The notes: generated from the sequence alone by a model not told the origin. 64,000 nucleotides of DNA from an uncultured virus (IMG/VR IMGVR_UViG_3300049793_000365) (IMGVR_UViG_3300049793_000365); one strand, 5' to 3'; positions 10,793 to 22,739 are shown, counted from the stretch's first letter. Program-made: numbers and translations.

Positions 10793-11239
10793 TTATGATA
10801 ACCAAACTTGAATAAGAGTTTTATTTGCTCTTTCGATGTGTCTTGTTGTAGTGAGATCCACATTTAATATACTATCGCATCTATAATGTACGTCATACCC
10901 GACATCAGCTACGAAGCGATACTTCACTGTAAATTCTTCACTGGCTTTCTTTTCAAATTTAAGAAGTAATTTAAAAATATTCTCAACATCTTTCTTACTA
11001 ACTTTTTCCAATTCTATTTTAAAAAGAAATTGGTTTAAAGTGTGGTCAAAACTTGATGTTGCTGACCAATCATCAATTAATTCTTGCCCAGCTTCATTTA
11101 TTAAAACTAAGTAGGAATTAGTCAATTTTTTGCGTTTATTAAAGTAAAGATTGGAAATCTTATTAACTTCAGTTCTTTCCTCTTCTTTGAATTTTTCAAA
11201 GTTCTCCTTAAATCTTTCGAATAATTGAATGTGTTTCAT
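10793..11239 (-). CDS. N-tagged protein, family A
   Basis: MKHIQLFERF; EAGQELIDDW; paralog of 26253. Confidence 0.7.
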   Translation of the reverse strand: MKHIQLFERFKENFEKFKEEERTEVNKISNLYFNKRKKLTNSYLVLINEAGQELIDDWSATSSFDHTLNQFLFKIELEKVSKKDVENIFKLLLKFEKKASEEFTVKYRFVADVGYDVHYRCDSILNVDLTTTRHIERANKTLIQVWLS

Positions 11240-11241
11240 AA

Positions 11242-11820
11242 TTAGTATTCTATTTCTGGGTACGGCGCTTCATCCCAGAAGTAAGCCGTTATTATTTTTA
11301 TATCCTTCTTGTATAACGGAACATAAATATCTATCGCATTTTGATTTTTATCCGTTGGTACTGAATCATCTAAGAAGGAGCTATCGTAGTGTAAAAATCC
11401 ATCATATCCAGTTACACAATCATATCCTTTAGATTTGACAGCATCCTCAAATCTTTTAATATAAAGCATATCATATGGATTAGCTTCTATTAAATCCATT
11501 CTATTTAATTCCTCAGACTTAAAAGTCCATTCATCTTTACTAAATGTGTATGTATATTCTATACCAACCTCATCCATTATAGGAATCCATTTTGATTCAA
11601 ATTCTGCTTTTGAATAAAGAGTTAGTGGATTTTTATATGTTATTTCAAGTTCAGTGACATATCCACTACAACCATTAGCATAAAATCCAGCCACATTCAT
11701 ATCCGTTGTGGTGAATAAGCTACTATCTTTTATATTTGTTAATAACTTCCCACCATGCCAAACAGTCTTTTTAACAAGACTGAATAACTCAAATAGTGCG
11801 AATGGGGTTATATGCTTCAT
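11242..11820 (-). CDS. N-tagged ADP-ribosyltransferase-fold-like protein
   Basis: VWHGG...LFTTTD...AGFYA...YKNPL...KGYDCV pattern of phage ART-like (ART-PolyVal-type) domains; MKHITPFALFE. Confidence 0.5.
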   Translation of the reverse strand: MKHITPFALFELFSLVKKTVWHGGKLLTNIKDSSLFTTTDMNVAGFYANGCSGYVTELEITYKNPLTLYSKAEFESKWIPIMDEVGIEYTYTFSKDEWTFKSEELNRMDLIEANPYDMLYIKRFEDAVKSKGYDCVTGYDGFLHYDSSFLDDSVPTDKNQNAIDIYVPLYKKDIKIITAYFWDEAPYPEIEY

Positions 11821-11834
11821 AGACTATATATAAA

Positions 11835-11899
11835 AAATAGTTAATATATTAGCTAAAACCTCTATAAGTCAGTAAAAATAGCTAATATATTAACTATTT
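11835..11899. repeat. perfect 21-bp inverted repeat with 23-nt spacer
   Basis: aaatagttaatatattagcta (11835-11855) / tagctaatatattaactattt (11879-11899). Confidence 0.9.
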
Positions 11900-11928
11900 G
11901 GTTTTTTGAAAAAGTGTCCGTATATTAG
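11897..11928 (+). promoter_or_regulatory. Bacteroidota-type -33/-7 promoter
   Basis: TTTG-N20-TATATTAG; heads the long plus-strand run starting at 11938. Confidence 0.65.
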
Positions 11929-11937
11929 CAACATATT

Positions 11938-12069
11938 ATGGAGCAACTATTTCACATACTGGGGTTATGCCCAGACAGCTTAGGTCATATAGACTTGATG
12001 GACATATTCATTTGCTATTACGCAGATATACAAAATTTTATAACATTAATACGTAATTATAAGTCGTAA
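11938..12069 (+). CDS. small ORF (43 aa), not in the ORF track
   Basis: MEQLFHILGLCPDSLGHID...; stop overlaps the next ATG (TAATG). Confidence 0.55.
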   Translation: MEQLFHILGLCPDSLGHIDLMDIFICYYADIQNFITLIRNYKS

Positions 12070-12320
12070 TGACTAAAACTTGTATATGTGTAAAGGCGGA
12101 AGGCTTACCACACTTCGATACTATACGACCTTTCGTATTTGAGAATGGTTGTAAATATGATTACAATTATGATGATGAAATGGATGTTTATTTAGTGGAG
12201 TTTAGTGTATTGGGTAACATACCAATACCCAGTCGCATATTCAATAAGCATTTTATGGATATGGATAAATACACAGAAAATAAACGCGATAACAATATAA
12301 ATAATATTTTAAATGAATAG
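12069..12320 (+). CDS. SH3-like family C protein with C-terminal tag
   Basis: TCICVK...FENGCKYDY...FNKHF...KRDNNINNIL. Confidence 0.65.
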   Translation: MTKTCICVKAEGLPHFDTIRPFVFENGCKYDYNYDDEMDVYLVEFSVLGNIPIPSRIFNKHFMDMDKYTENKRDNNINNILNE

Positions 12321-12657
12321 GCAATTCGAAAGAGATAGACAACTCATAAACATCACATCAAAGCTTCCGAGAAAGAAGTATGTTAAAAAGTTCATTATTA
12401 CATCACTTATTGGTTATTTAGTGTATCTAAATTATTCATTAATAACCTCTGATAGTATAGTGAAGTGTGGAGGGTTTTTAAATTTTATGAATATGAATCA
12501 GTCTGAATTGAATGCGTTAAATATACCACATCATTATATTCCTATGCTATCAGGTCTAATTGTATTAGATATATTGGCACTTATTGGATTTTTTATTAGA
12601 TTTGGACCTAATATAAGAGACGGATTTGAAAAACTATGGCATCAATTTCCTGATTAA
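12313..12657 (+). CDS. membrane protein with tag-like motif at the N-terminus
   Basis: ERDRQLINIT at the N-terminus; two hydrophobic segments. Confidence 0.55.
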   Translation: MNRQFERDRQLINITSKLPRKKYVKKFIITSLIGYLVYLNYSLITSDSIVKCGGFLNFMNMNQSELNALNIPHHYIPMLSGLIVLDILALIGFFIRFGPNIRDGFEKLWHQFPD

Positions 12658-13391
12658 ATGAAAACTAAAGCATTTATAGTTATAATCGCTGAGCCAACAC
12701 CAGCACATAATGAGGATAAAGATTTTACTTTAATATCCGCAAAGCAAATAGTAATGGCTTCTATTTTCAATTTATCTGATGATGATATGGATTTTAAAGT
12801 AGCATCTGAAATAAAGCCTATAAATTATGACATACTTGAGGGTTTAGATAACACGATTGGTGGTTGTTTAATTAGAACAACCGAGACAAAAGCTGGTACA
12901 TATTATACACGCTTTGATAACGCAGATGTTGATATGATTAGTAGATTTCTTAGTCATATAAAAACATTGAAGGTGAGAGAAGATGAAATGTCTATATTGG
13001 ATGCTGTAATTCAGAATCACCGAGGTAAAAAAGTTAATGAATTAATTAAATAGTATGCATTACAATGACCCAGAACAAATAGACGATAACTCACTTAAGT
13101 TGGTTATCTATACACACGGTGGTGATCCACTTGGTACTGTATTTGATATAACATCAATACAAGAGTGTAGACATTTTAGCCCTCGATTACTCACTAAAGT
13201 TATGAATATGCGAAAGCCAAGAGGTGGGAGAGATTGTTGGTATCAATGGTTCAATAAACCACAATTCAATGCTCTACCGCTTGAGAAATATTATTTGGTT
13301 TGGTTGGAGCAAACAGGTTGGGATGATATAACCATAATGGATATTACCGATGTAACTAACGACACTAATCAATTTTATCAATTACACTAAT

Positions 13392-13604
13392 ATGGATAGA
13401 GTAGTATTTTTAGAGGACCATGAATTCAATGGTAAAGTATATAAAAAAGGACACCAGTTCAATGTGACTGGTTCATCATATAGAGGTTTAGACCTGGAAG
13501 ATGATGATGGAAATAAAATACATGAAACGTTATTTATAAGTAGCAAATATAAATCTCTATCGGAAATACGTGATGAAAAATTAAGAAAAGATTTAGGATT
13601 ATGA
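13392..13604 (+). CDS. small SH3-like protein with C-terminal tag
   Basis: YKKGHQFNV...IRDEKLRKDL. Confidence 0.6.
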   Translation: MDRVVFLEDHEFNGKVYKKGHQFNVTGSSYRGLDLEDDDGNKIHETLFISSKYKSLSEIRDEKLRKDLGL

Positions 13605-13838
13605 CAGTAGAAACACTCATTAAAATTTTAGAAAAACAAGACCCGAAGAGTCCTGTTTTTATTACACAAGCTGGCTTCGGTCACGACAAAGTAAAAACAA
13701 TTAGAACTGAAAAGCTTTTTAGTAAAAAGCGCGAGAGTCTTGTTCTATATCTACGAAATGATGTAGTGACCTATGGTGGACAAAAAGTAGTCTATCGCAA
13801 AAAGAAAAGCAAAGCTGAGTTAGTAAAACCGAATTAGT

Positions 13839-14318
13839 ATGAAGTCATTGACTATTAACGATATTATACGTTTTCACATTCACTACTATGTTCGTGGATT
13901 AAATATCTATGAAGATAAGCGTATTATAAGTTATGTCAATGGTGTAGCGAGGATAAAGGGTGATAAGAGTATATATGCAGTTAGTATCAAAACATCTGAT
14001 GATAATAGCAAGTTAACAAGCTATATATGTACTTGTCCGACTAAGCATAGAATTTGTAAACACACGATAGCTACATTTATCTATCATATGAAAGGTGGAT
14101 ATAAACCACTCTCTGAATATGAAACATCTGTTCAATATGCTTACTTAGAGATTGAGTCTATGATAGACGTTCTTTATAAAAATAAAAGACAAGCTATGGA
14201 GAAAGTTTTACAATCTCTCAGTGAAGACAAGATTAATTGGAAGATGATTTCAAATAGAAATTTTGAGAAACACGGATTATTAATAACTGAATTAGAAAAA
14301 AGACTTGTACATGAATAG
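13839..14318 (+). CDS. SWIM zinc-finger protein
   Basis: CTCP-x5-CKH motif preceded by YAVSI. Confidence 0.8.
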   Translation: MKSLTINDIIRFHIHYYVRGLNIYEDKRIISYVNGVARIKGDKSIYAVSIKTSDDNSKLTSYICTCPTKHRICKHTIATFIYHMKGGYKPLSEYETSVQYAYLEIESMIDVLYKNKRQAMEKVLQSLSEDKINWKMISNRNFEKHGLLITELEKRLVHE

Positions 14319-14615
14319 TGAAATAAATACACTTGCTCGTAATATAATAAAAGACATTTCTTTATTTGATATAGAAAAGCAAAGAAGTTTATTTATGTGG
14401 ATATTTGATAATGCTGATGTTAAAGAACTTAGGTCGGACTTATTAGCAAATTCAGCATCTATGAAAGCCGCATTGGAATTAAGGGATGATTTTACTAAAA
14501 CGAGTAAAAACAAAAGACCACATATAAAAGCAATATCTACAGAAGAAGCCAGTAAAATATACTACGACTGTACTACAAAAATACGTGACGAAAAAATAAA
14601 CAAAATAATATCGTA

Positions 14616-14960
14616 ATGCGTGAGTTAGAACAATACACAGAACATAAAACTACCGAGTTTGTAAAAGAACTAAAGGGTAGATACTCTGAATTTCTATCAG
14701 ATAAATTTTTACAAGTTTACCTGGTTAGTTCTTTTATGGATTCATACCGGGCCAGACCAAATAGCGATTTAGCGAATACTGCTTATGCGTCAAGTGTTTT
14801 ACTATTCGAATCTTTACTTGAACATGGTTGTGGTGCTATTGGAAATGGCCACCACGTAGCCCAAATGTATTCTGCTATGTTTCCTCAAAAAACTATACAG
14901 GAGTGTTCTAATGAGCTAAAAGCATTCATTAGAGATAATAAACTAAGTGATATTTTATAA
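14616..14960 (+). CDS. hypothetical protein with C-terminal tag
   Basis: ends IRDNKLSDIL. Confidence 0.7.
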   Translation: MRELEQYTEHKTTEFVKELKGRYSEFLSDKFLQVYLVSSFMDSYRARPNSDLANTAYASSVLLFESLLEHGCGAIGNGHHVAQMYSAMFPQKTIQECSNELKAFIRDNKLSDIL

Positions 14961-15572
14961 TGAAAATAATCTGGGATAGAAATTCTACTGATTGGTTACA
15001 TCAGTTTATAACAAATGATATACCAGAGTTTAATCACTTTGGTGGTCAAACCATTTATAAAATAGGAGCAAAGTTTATCCTATCACAAGGCTCTGACTTA
15101 TGGATTGCTGATTGGACTTCTATTACATCAGGCTCAGCTTGGTCATTAACAAAAGTAATAGACCTACCTAAACTAATGAATGGTGGTTATAAGTTCTGGG
15201 AGTTTAAGTATGAGTCTTGGCAAAAGACTGGTTATTATTATAGATTTAACGTAGACAGTCGCTATATCGATTCTAAGAGTGATTTTGATAAATTCCCACA
15301 TAGACCAGGCGCACAAATAATAGTTGATGGTAAACTTAATGCTGTATCTAGTTTCTACAAAGTGGAAACACATACGATGTCTCGTGGGTATCTACCAAGT
15401 GTTCGAATATGTGAATCCAGAGAAATAGAAGAAAAGGCTATTATGGATATATTAAATGGCACTGCACCGAATTTAAGAACATTCAAAAACGAAGTTTTGG
15501 AGAATCCTGACACGAAGAAGATTATCTTGCGAGAACTTCAGCTTAATTCGATTGGCGTTTAATATATAGTAT

Positions 15573-15905
15573 ATGAAAGAATATCTATTTGTATATGGCG
15601 TATTTAGAGACTCCGGTAAAACATTATTGGGTGATAAAATACATTTGGGAAAAGCTACCATTAATGGTACTTTATATAAAGTGAATGAGTTTTATCCAGG
15701 TTATATACCAGGTAAGGGTAAAGTGGTTGGTGATGTCTATTTAATAGACCCTGTTATATTCACAGAGCTTGACGAATTTGAAGGTCATGAATATATTAGA
15801 ACCAAAGCAAGAACTTCCACTGACATTGAATGTTGGGTTTATCAATACAAGTATGATGTTACTGGGTTCAAACAGATAGCTTGTGGTGACTGGATATTGA
15901 GATAA
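15573..15905 (+). CDS. gamma-glutamylcyclotransferase (AIG2/GGCT-like)
   Basis: LFVYG...YPG...V.GDVY...LDEFEG..Y.R...WVY...GDW; TAATATATA at 15560-15568. Confidence 0.85.
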   Translation: MKEYLFVYGVFRDSGKTLLGDKIHLGKATINGTLYKVNEFYPGYIPGKGKVVGDVYLIDPVIFTELDEFEGHEYIRTKARTSTDIECWVYQYKYDVTGFKQIACGDWILR

Positions 15906-17274
15906 TTTATACAAGATAGTCAACTTAGTGATGTTTTAAACTATAAGTGTCTTAGACAACTTATTTATGAAAACAATTATCACTTACATCACGGACGATG
16001 GTCAAGAGTTCGACAACATATTCAGTGCAAGAAGACATGAATGTGAATTAACACAACACACTTGGGAGTTCTACACAAAGAACATGGGATTACAGAAACA
16101 AATGGATTATACGACCCATATGCAATTCTGTAAGAAGTGTCAAAAGCAGGAAATACTTGAAAGAGAAGTAATCAATGCTGAGTTACACAATCGTTTCATA
16201 GTTCAGAATTAAACTACCACTAATCTAACATTAAACTACCACATGGATATTACAGTAACACAAATTTTCTACAAACCAATCGTTGAATTGGAAACTATCG
16301 ATATTTTCGGATTTAAATATATCCAGAGAACTCTATCACCAAATCTTTATGTAGTTGAAACAGAAAACGAAATTCCGGAGGGGTCTGACGTTGAGTTCAA
16401 ATACAATAAATTATTCTATACATTAGAAGGTGTTAGTACAGCTATACATGATGGTAAAACATTCATTCAGTGTAGCAACTGGACCGAATCTATGTTCTAA
16501 TGAAAGATGTAAAGATACTTGAGACTTATTTAGAAGATGTCAAGTTCGCGATATTCACTTATACTGGTTTAGAAGATCCAGTTGAGCCATTGAATATAGC
16601 AATTAGTTTATATACACTTGGTGAAGAATATCACGAATTTATTGATATGAATATGAATAACCCCTGGGTTCGTATAGTAACATCTAAGAAGTTAGATGAT
16701 ATAAAGGGTATGACAGAACCAGAATTAAAGCAATGCATCAGAAATAACCGCATAGACCACATTTTAGACTAATGGAACATTATTACATAGTATGGAGAAA
16801 TCCATTCTTCTCATATGCTCTACAAGGCGATGGTTACTTTGTTAAATATAAAGATAAACTATCTGATTGGTGGTCTACTGATTATAGAGATGCTGCTAAA
16901 TACAAAACTCTTGGTCCAGCTATTTCACGTTTAAATATAGAATACAATAAGGCTACTTCTATTTACAATTTTATAAAAGCTAACACACCTAATACAAAAT
17001 CAGCACACAGAGATTGCAGTATATCAAATGTGTTGGGTGAGTCAGTTGATATTTCGACTGTATTATCCTGGCGAGGAAGAATTGATAAGGTAAGTAAAGA
17101 CTACGAATTTCTTGGTAACGCGGAAGAAGAAGTCATTAAGCACATTGAGAAAACTATTATAAAAAATCACAATGCTATTGAATCGCGTATGCTTAAAATA
17201 GGTGAGGCTCCAATTGATATAGATTATACCACATCAGAATATCAGAATGAATTTGATAACTTTTTCGGATTATA

Positions 17275-17694
17275 ATGAGAGCAGTTTGTATAGACAATGA
17301 TGTAGACGGGTTAACACTTGGTAAATATTATGATATAATTGAACAGGGTTCTCATCCAGATTCAATTCACACATGGTATAAGGATTGGTTTCTTATCAAA
17401 AATGATAGCGGTGAAATTAAGTGGTATGATAGATGCCCATATGGCATCTTGAAAATATTACCAGCTACAAATATGTGGGGTGAATATATTGGTCAAAATA
17501 CTGGCGGATTAACCAAAGGCATTCAATATAACTTATTACATAAGAGTGATAGAGAATTCTATTACTTTTTAGATGATAATAAAAAATTCGTTGGTATTAG
17601 GCAGATTAATTATTTTGGCGGTGATCCTAATTTCAGAGTATTAGAAAAGGATGAAGTAAGGGATAAGAACATAAATGATATATTGAGTATATGA
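17275..17694 (+). CDS. tandem SH3-like family C protein with C-terminal tag
   Basis: GLTLGKYY and GLTKGIQY duplicated; VRDKNINDIL. Confidence 0.65.
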   Translation: MRAVCIDNDVDGLTLGKYYDIIEQGSHPDSIHTWYKDWFLIKNDSGEIKWYDRCPYGILKILPATNMWGEYIGQNTGGLTKGIQYNLLHKSDREFYYFLDDNKKFVGIRQINYFGGDPNFRVLEKDEVRDKNINDILSI

Positions 17695-18080
17695 TAACCA
17701 CCGAAGAACTTCTGCTTATAGCACAACAAGCAACCACTAAAGCTTATGCTCCATATTCAAAATTCTATGTAGGCGCAGCTCTATTAACAGAGAAGGGTAA
17801 TGTTTACTCTGGTTGTAATGTAGAGAACGCTTCATATGGCTTAACTATTTGCGCTGAACGAAATGCTATATTCGCGGCGGTCAATGCTGAGGGACCTGAT
17901 ATGAGTATTGTTAAGATGGTTGTACTGACAAGCGAACACGTAACTGCTCCTTCATGTGGTGCGTGTAGACAGGTTATTTTTGAATTCGCAGATAGTAATA
18001 CTGAGATTCACTTTTACAAAGATGATGAATTGGTGTGTAGGAAAATGAACGAATTATTACCTGATTCGTTTGACCTTTAA
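17691..18080 (+). CDS. cdd: cytidine deaminase (homotetrameric type)
   Basis: AYAPYSKF.VGAA, GCNVENASYGLTICAERNA, SCGACRQ, LLP.SF. Confidence 0.95.
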   Translation: MITTEELLLIAQQATTKAYAPYSKFYVGAALLTEKGNVYSGCNVENASYGLTICAERNAIFAAVNAEGPDMSIVKMVVLTSEHVTAPSCGACRQVIFEFADSNTEIHFYKDDELVCRKMNELLPDSFDL

Positions 18081-18451
18081 GATACAATACTTTCTATCCT
18101 CTTATCACGATTCTCTTTATCCTCATCATATTCTTCAACAGTTATTGACCTGGTGAATCTCACCTTTGGTTCTGAAATTGAGTTAGAGTAATCACGTTTA
18201 TAACCGTTAGAAATCTTGGTCACTATGAATTGTCTAATGTGATATTCATCGGCTTTTTTATTTATACCATCGATGTATGATTGTAGAAAATCTTCACTGA
18301 ACTCACCTCTGAGTCTGAGATAGTCGTGTTCACTTCTAGGTGAAGTACCTCGAATACTAAAGTAGAAAACATCACCTACGTTAAGCGGCATAATACCATC
18401 AACATCTTCTAATGCTTCTTCATTGAAGATAACTTCTGTCTTAAGCTCCAT
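18077..18451 (-). CDS. hypothetical protein with C-terminal tag (end of a tagged minus-strand run, 18077-21531)
   Basis: ends NRDKRIESIVS; 10 of the 11 consecutive minus-strand ORFs here carry the tag. Confidence 0.7.
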   Translation of the reverse strand: MELKTEVIFNEEALEDVDGIMPLNVGDVFYFSIRGTSPRSEHDYLRLRGEFSEDFLQSYIDGINKKADEYHIRQFIVTKISNGYKRDYSNSISEPKVRFTRSITVEEYDEDKENRDKRIESIVS

Positions 18452-19953
18452 GTGTAATATTGTTTATTTTATTATTTCTAATTTGTATTCTCAATTCATT
18501 CTCATTCTTAAACCTATAAATTAAACTATCACATTTATTCTGTGCTATATTATATTCAATAGCTATGTCTAAGTAATATAGAAATTCCTCTTCAGTAAGT
18601 TCCTTATCAATGCTATGATTGACTCTATCTTTTATATATGCTTTGTCGGATATACCCAAAACATAATTATTAAAGAATATAAATATGCGGTTCTCTGATG
18701 GTAATACACCGACAAGTCTCTTCGCGCTTTCGCTATACAGAAGTGTACGATTATTCTCAAGAATTATATTGACTTTGTTTATCAAATCTATCATCATAAT
18801 AGCTTCTTAAGTTTCTTTTGCCTTTCTTTCATCTTCTCTTCTTCCGGATTTATTTCAGGTCTCACACCGTCTACCCTAAGTATAACTGGGTCAAATCCAT
18901 ATGATATATACTCTCGGTATGTAGGATCGCTAATCCAACCACGCTTCTCTGTTTTAACCCAGATACCACCTTTAAAGTATCGAACAAACCATAGTGAGTA
19001 CCAAAAATTAATCATTACCTATGATATTATCTATTTTAGAATCTCTAAATAAAGCATTGATAGCTGGGTGATTTATTTCATCAATCTTTTCTACCAAAAA
19101 TTGTAGATAGTCTCTGTATAATTTATTCTGTGTAAAACTACCTATATCAACCCAAGTAGTGTTATCATATGAATAATCTATATGTAATTCATCACCATAT
19201 CTCTTCTTAGACACTCTGAAATATATTATTATTCTACCATCAGAGTCGTGTACTCTGAAATTATTCATGCTACCCGCGAAGCATAGACCTTTGTAATTTA
19301 TAAACGGATCCATTATTCGAGTAACTTATTAAGCTGACTTTTCCTTATCAGTGATTTACAAATATTAATACTTCCAGTTTTGTGATAGTTATTATTAGTG
19401 AATACTTCTAATTTAGCAACGTATTCATCTGGTTCTATTAGAATGCTTATTAGCTTCCAGGTTTTAACATCAGCACCAAGCTGACCCTTTTTATGAGCAT
19501 CTATGAGGAATTCTAATATGATTTCTTCAACCAAGTTAAGCTTCATTTTATAAAATCTTTTTCAATTCGAGTTCTCGTTTAGCATCTAATGGCATTGTGA
19601 AATTAACATCATCATATCCTTCAATGACAAATCCAATAGCTGGGTTCTTACCACTTATGCTATAAACACTCTCTTCGTTGTCGATATTTTTTTCATCAAC
19701 CTCTTTCATGGCTTCTTCGAACATAGGTAAGAATTCACTCGCTACATCAAAGAATGCCATGTTGTGATAACATCTTACTTTACCATCTGCTTCTCTTAGA
19801 AAGATTGTATCAGACCCAAACGCACCTGATTTCTTTCTAACTTGTAGAAGTCTACCGAATGATAGATTATCATTTCCTTGAATTGGACCAGATATAACAA
19901 TAGTTTTATAACCATGTTCTTCTGTTCTTGTTCTGAGTCTACCCCAGTGAGTA

Positions 19954-20154
19954 TTATTTGCTATCATCTAATAGTTGATTAAGTTTAGCATCGCGTCTAT
20001 TTCGTTTAATGGTATCTGAATTAAAATGAATATCAGCCGTCATAATTATTTTATGTACAGTCTGTGGTGTCTTATCAATAGCAATAGCTATCTGTGATAT
20101 GGTGAGACCATTCATTCTTAAATCACGTATTTCAGATATCATTTTATCTTTCAT
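19954..20154 (-). CDS. helix-turn-helix protein with C-terminal tag
   Basis: GLTISQIAIAIDKTPQTVHKI; RRDAKLNQLL. Confidence 0.7.
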   Translation of the reverse strand: MKDKMISEIRDLRMNGLTISQIAIAIDKTPQTVHKIIMTADIHFNSDTIKRNRRDAKLNQLLDDSK

Positions 20155-21571
20155 ACTACCAAGGAGTTGTGAAGTCTAAGTCAATACCACCTGGTAGACC
20201 AGTACCCATCATATCACCAACACCTGGTGTATTACCACCAAAGCCTCCACTTTCTTCTTTTTCGAAGTTTCTCTTTTCTGAGTATTCTAAGCGGTCATAT
20301 GTATAAGAGTCAATATTATCACCATATCTGTAATCTTTTCCACCAGTAGTTTTGAACGAGTATTTACATTTGTATTTCATATTAATCTTTTTAATTTATA
20401 ATCTCTCATCTTTGCCGACAGAGTGTAATTAGGTTTTATATTAACAGTTAGTGTATATGTTTCATATCCGTTATAAGTAAGATATGAGCTTCTACCTACA
20501 ACACTTAAAATAGAATACCCACTTTCCTTAAGTGATGTTTCTATTCTTTTTGATTTACTATATGATTCTGCTACATTTATCGCTGATGTAAATACATCAC
20601 ACTTAATAGCATAATATGTGTCATGTGGTTCAATACTACAATTTTTAAATTTACCACCAAACTCAATACTGATAGCTGGCTTAACAATATCGGTTAGGCA
20701 TTGTGCTTCATATTCAGTTGGTTCATTCATGTTATAAATATACGGATTAATCCAATAGAATTTCACTTAGTTTAAAATCCCTTAAATTTACGGTAAAGGA
20801 ATTACCCATTAGTAATCTGGTATTTGAGTTATAAGATTTCCAGGCTTCGTCTGCGTACCAACAAAGGTTATGTATGTTAATGAAGAAGTCGAATTCGGTT
20901 ATACCCAACTCAAAATCTCTACGCATTTTATCTATACATATCGGTGGACACGCTGGTCTATAACCTTGTGCTGTAATGTAGTTGTGAATATCTTTCTCAG
21001 TGATATTGAATACTTTCATTATTCGGTTATATCGTTAATTGCTTCGTGTCTTTTAACTGCGGCTCTATCTAATTTAGATATATCTAAATATAAAACACCA
21101 TCTAAATAGCGACAGGTTCTAACGATGCTACCCTCGCGCATACTGCTATTCTTTTTATAGAAAGTTAACCAAACGCCTTTGACGTTAATACATCGCTTAT
21201 TTATTTTAGGATTTGCTTTAAGAATGGCATATGCCTTATTTTTAACAACATCGCAAATGTATTCATCGTTTTCAGCAGTTCTGGCATTGGTATGCTTTTT
21301 ACTACTCCAATTATGAATGACATCCATATCAAGTTCAGTAAAATCGTCTGATTCGATATTTATGGTTACATCATCGATGTGTTCTTCTTTCAGTCTACAA
21401 CCGAAGAAGTGTGCTGTCTTTATGAGTATTTTGTTTATTTTTATTGTCATAGCTTTATCACTTCTTACCATTTCGTCCAACAAATATAAGGATAATACCC
21501 CAATTATGCAAATCCGGTGAATAATATCCACTATTTAATTATAATGCGTTAATTTTTAATATATACCAAAT

Positions 21572-22333
21572 ATGAAGATAAAGTTATATTCACAATTTTG
21601 TAATGAACACATAGCTGCTGTTTCTAACCCACAAATGGAAATAACAAATGATGACCTTAATCATTTTTGTGGATTTAATGACAGAACTTTACAAGGACCA
21701 AAACGAGATTTTATACAAAGTCATATTGATTCAAGTAATATTAAAATTGGTTCTGAATATGACTGGAAGGATAATAGTGTTGAAAAAGAACACGCATTAT
21801 GGTCTACTGATTACAAGTATTGCTATAACGCAAGAGCTGGGTATGACTCATTTATATTGGTTTATTCTAATATAGAATTACCAAAATGTACACCATTTGA
21901 TTCTTTTATTGAATTCACATCAGTTAATGAGGATCACGCTACAAATGATATCGTAGATGGTTGTGTTCAAACACTGATGGATGACTATAATCTATTTTTT
22001 GAACCACGTAATATACACGGATTTAACTATAAAATAGAAGGTGAGTTTCCATATAGTGACCAATTTATGTTAGAGTTAAAGAAGGCTATCAATAGATTGG
22101 AATCTGAGGATTATAAAGTAAGAGTATTCTTTGAATTAATCTTAAATGGTTCTCAATATCATATTGAATCAACTGGTATTGACACATACGATTATATGAA
22201 ATCACAAGTAGAATACGCTATTGAAAAGTGTATTTCTCAGGTACCACATAAGAGAACACGAGAGAATCTTCATACAAACATTTATCATTTCGGCTTTAGA
22301 GTAATGACCAGAGGGGATTGGGTTAGATTTTAG
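21572..22333 (+). CDS. N-tagged two-module protein (C-terminal family A domain)
   Basis: MKIKLYSQFCNE; internal FDSFIEFTSVNE; GCVQTLMDDYNL; TAATATATA at 21557-21565. Confidence 0.7.
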   Translation: MKIKLYSQFCNEHIAAVSNPQMEITNDDLNHFCGFNDRTLQGPKRDFIQSHIDSSNIKIGSEYDWKDNSVEKEHALWSTDYKYCYNARAGYDSFILVYSNIELPKCTPFDSFIEFTSVNEDHATNDIVDGCVQTLMDDYNLFFEPRNIHGFNYKIEGEFPYSDQFMLELKKAINRLESEDYKVRVFFELILNGSQYHIESTGIDTYDYMKSQVEYAIEKCISQVPHKRTRENLHTNIYHFGFRVMTRGDWVRF

Positions 22334-22739
22334 CAGTTAATACGATTAAACCAACCACATAACCTCTTGTTTTAGAAACAGTACCACCATTGTGTTTCAC
22401 TTCTATAAAATCATATTCGGCACAAACCCTTTTACAAATTTTATCAAGTTTGGGATATAACTCATCACCATGTATATTACTCTCAAACTCATATGTCAAA
22501 AGTAGCATAGGGAAGTCAACATTTGGATCTCTTCCAACGAATAGTTCTTTTGCTGATTCTATTTTATCCAAAAAACGATTACTATTTATAATTTTCATAT
22601 TCATAAAAGAATATGGTAAATCCTCAGAAAGATTTTCTATATTTACTTTTTCTACTTGGCTTAATAAATTATGTTGCTCATCGTAAGAAATCTGCTTTTT
22701 CGGATGTATATAGTCGCGGAATTTTTTAAGTAATTTCAT
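22323..22739 (-). CDS. N-tagged protein, family B-like
   Basis: MKLLKKFRDY; KRVCAEYDF; CAATATATA upstream. Confidence 0.6.
   Translation of the reverse strand: MKLLKKFRDYIHPKKQISYDEQHNLLSQVEKVNIENLSEDLPYSFMNMKIINSNRFLDKIESAKELFVGRDPNVDFPMLLLTYEFESNIHGDELYPKLDKICKRVCAEYDFIEVKHNGGTVSKTRGYVVGLIVLTAKI

Noticed and set aside
15906..15945. Degenerate tag-like frame (IQDSQLSDVL) after the GGCT stop
   Set aside because: It lacks the Arg and a start codon. It may be a remnant, but it cannot be supported as a gene.
16209..16242. 12-bp direct repeat ttaaactaccac
   Set aside because: Only two copies and no element between them; likely a small local duplication.
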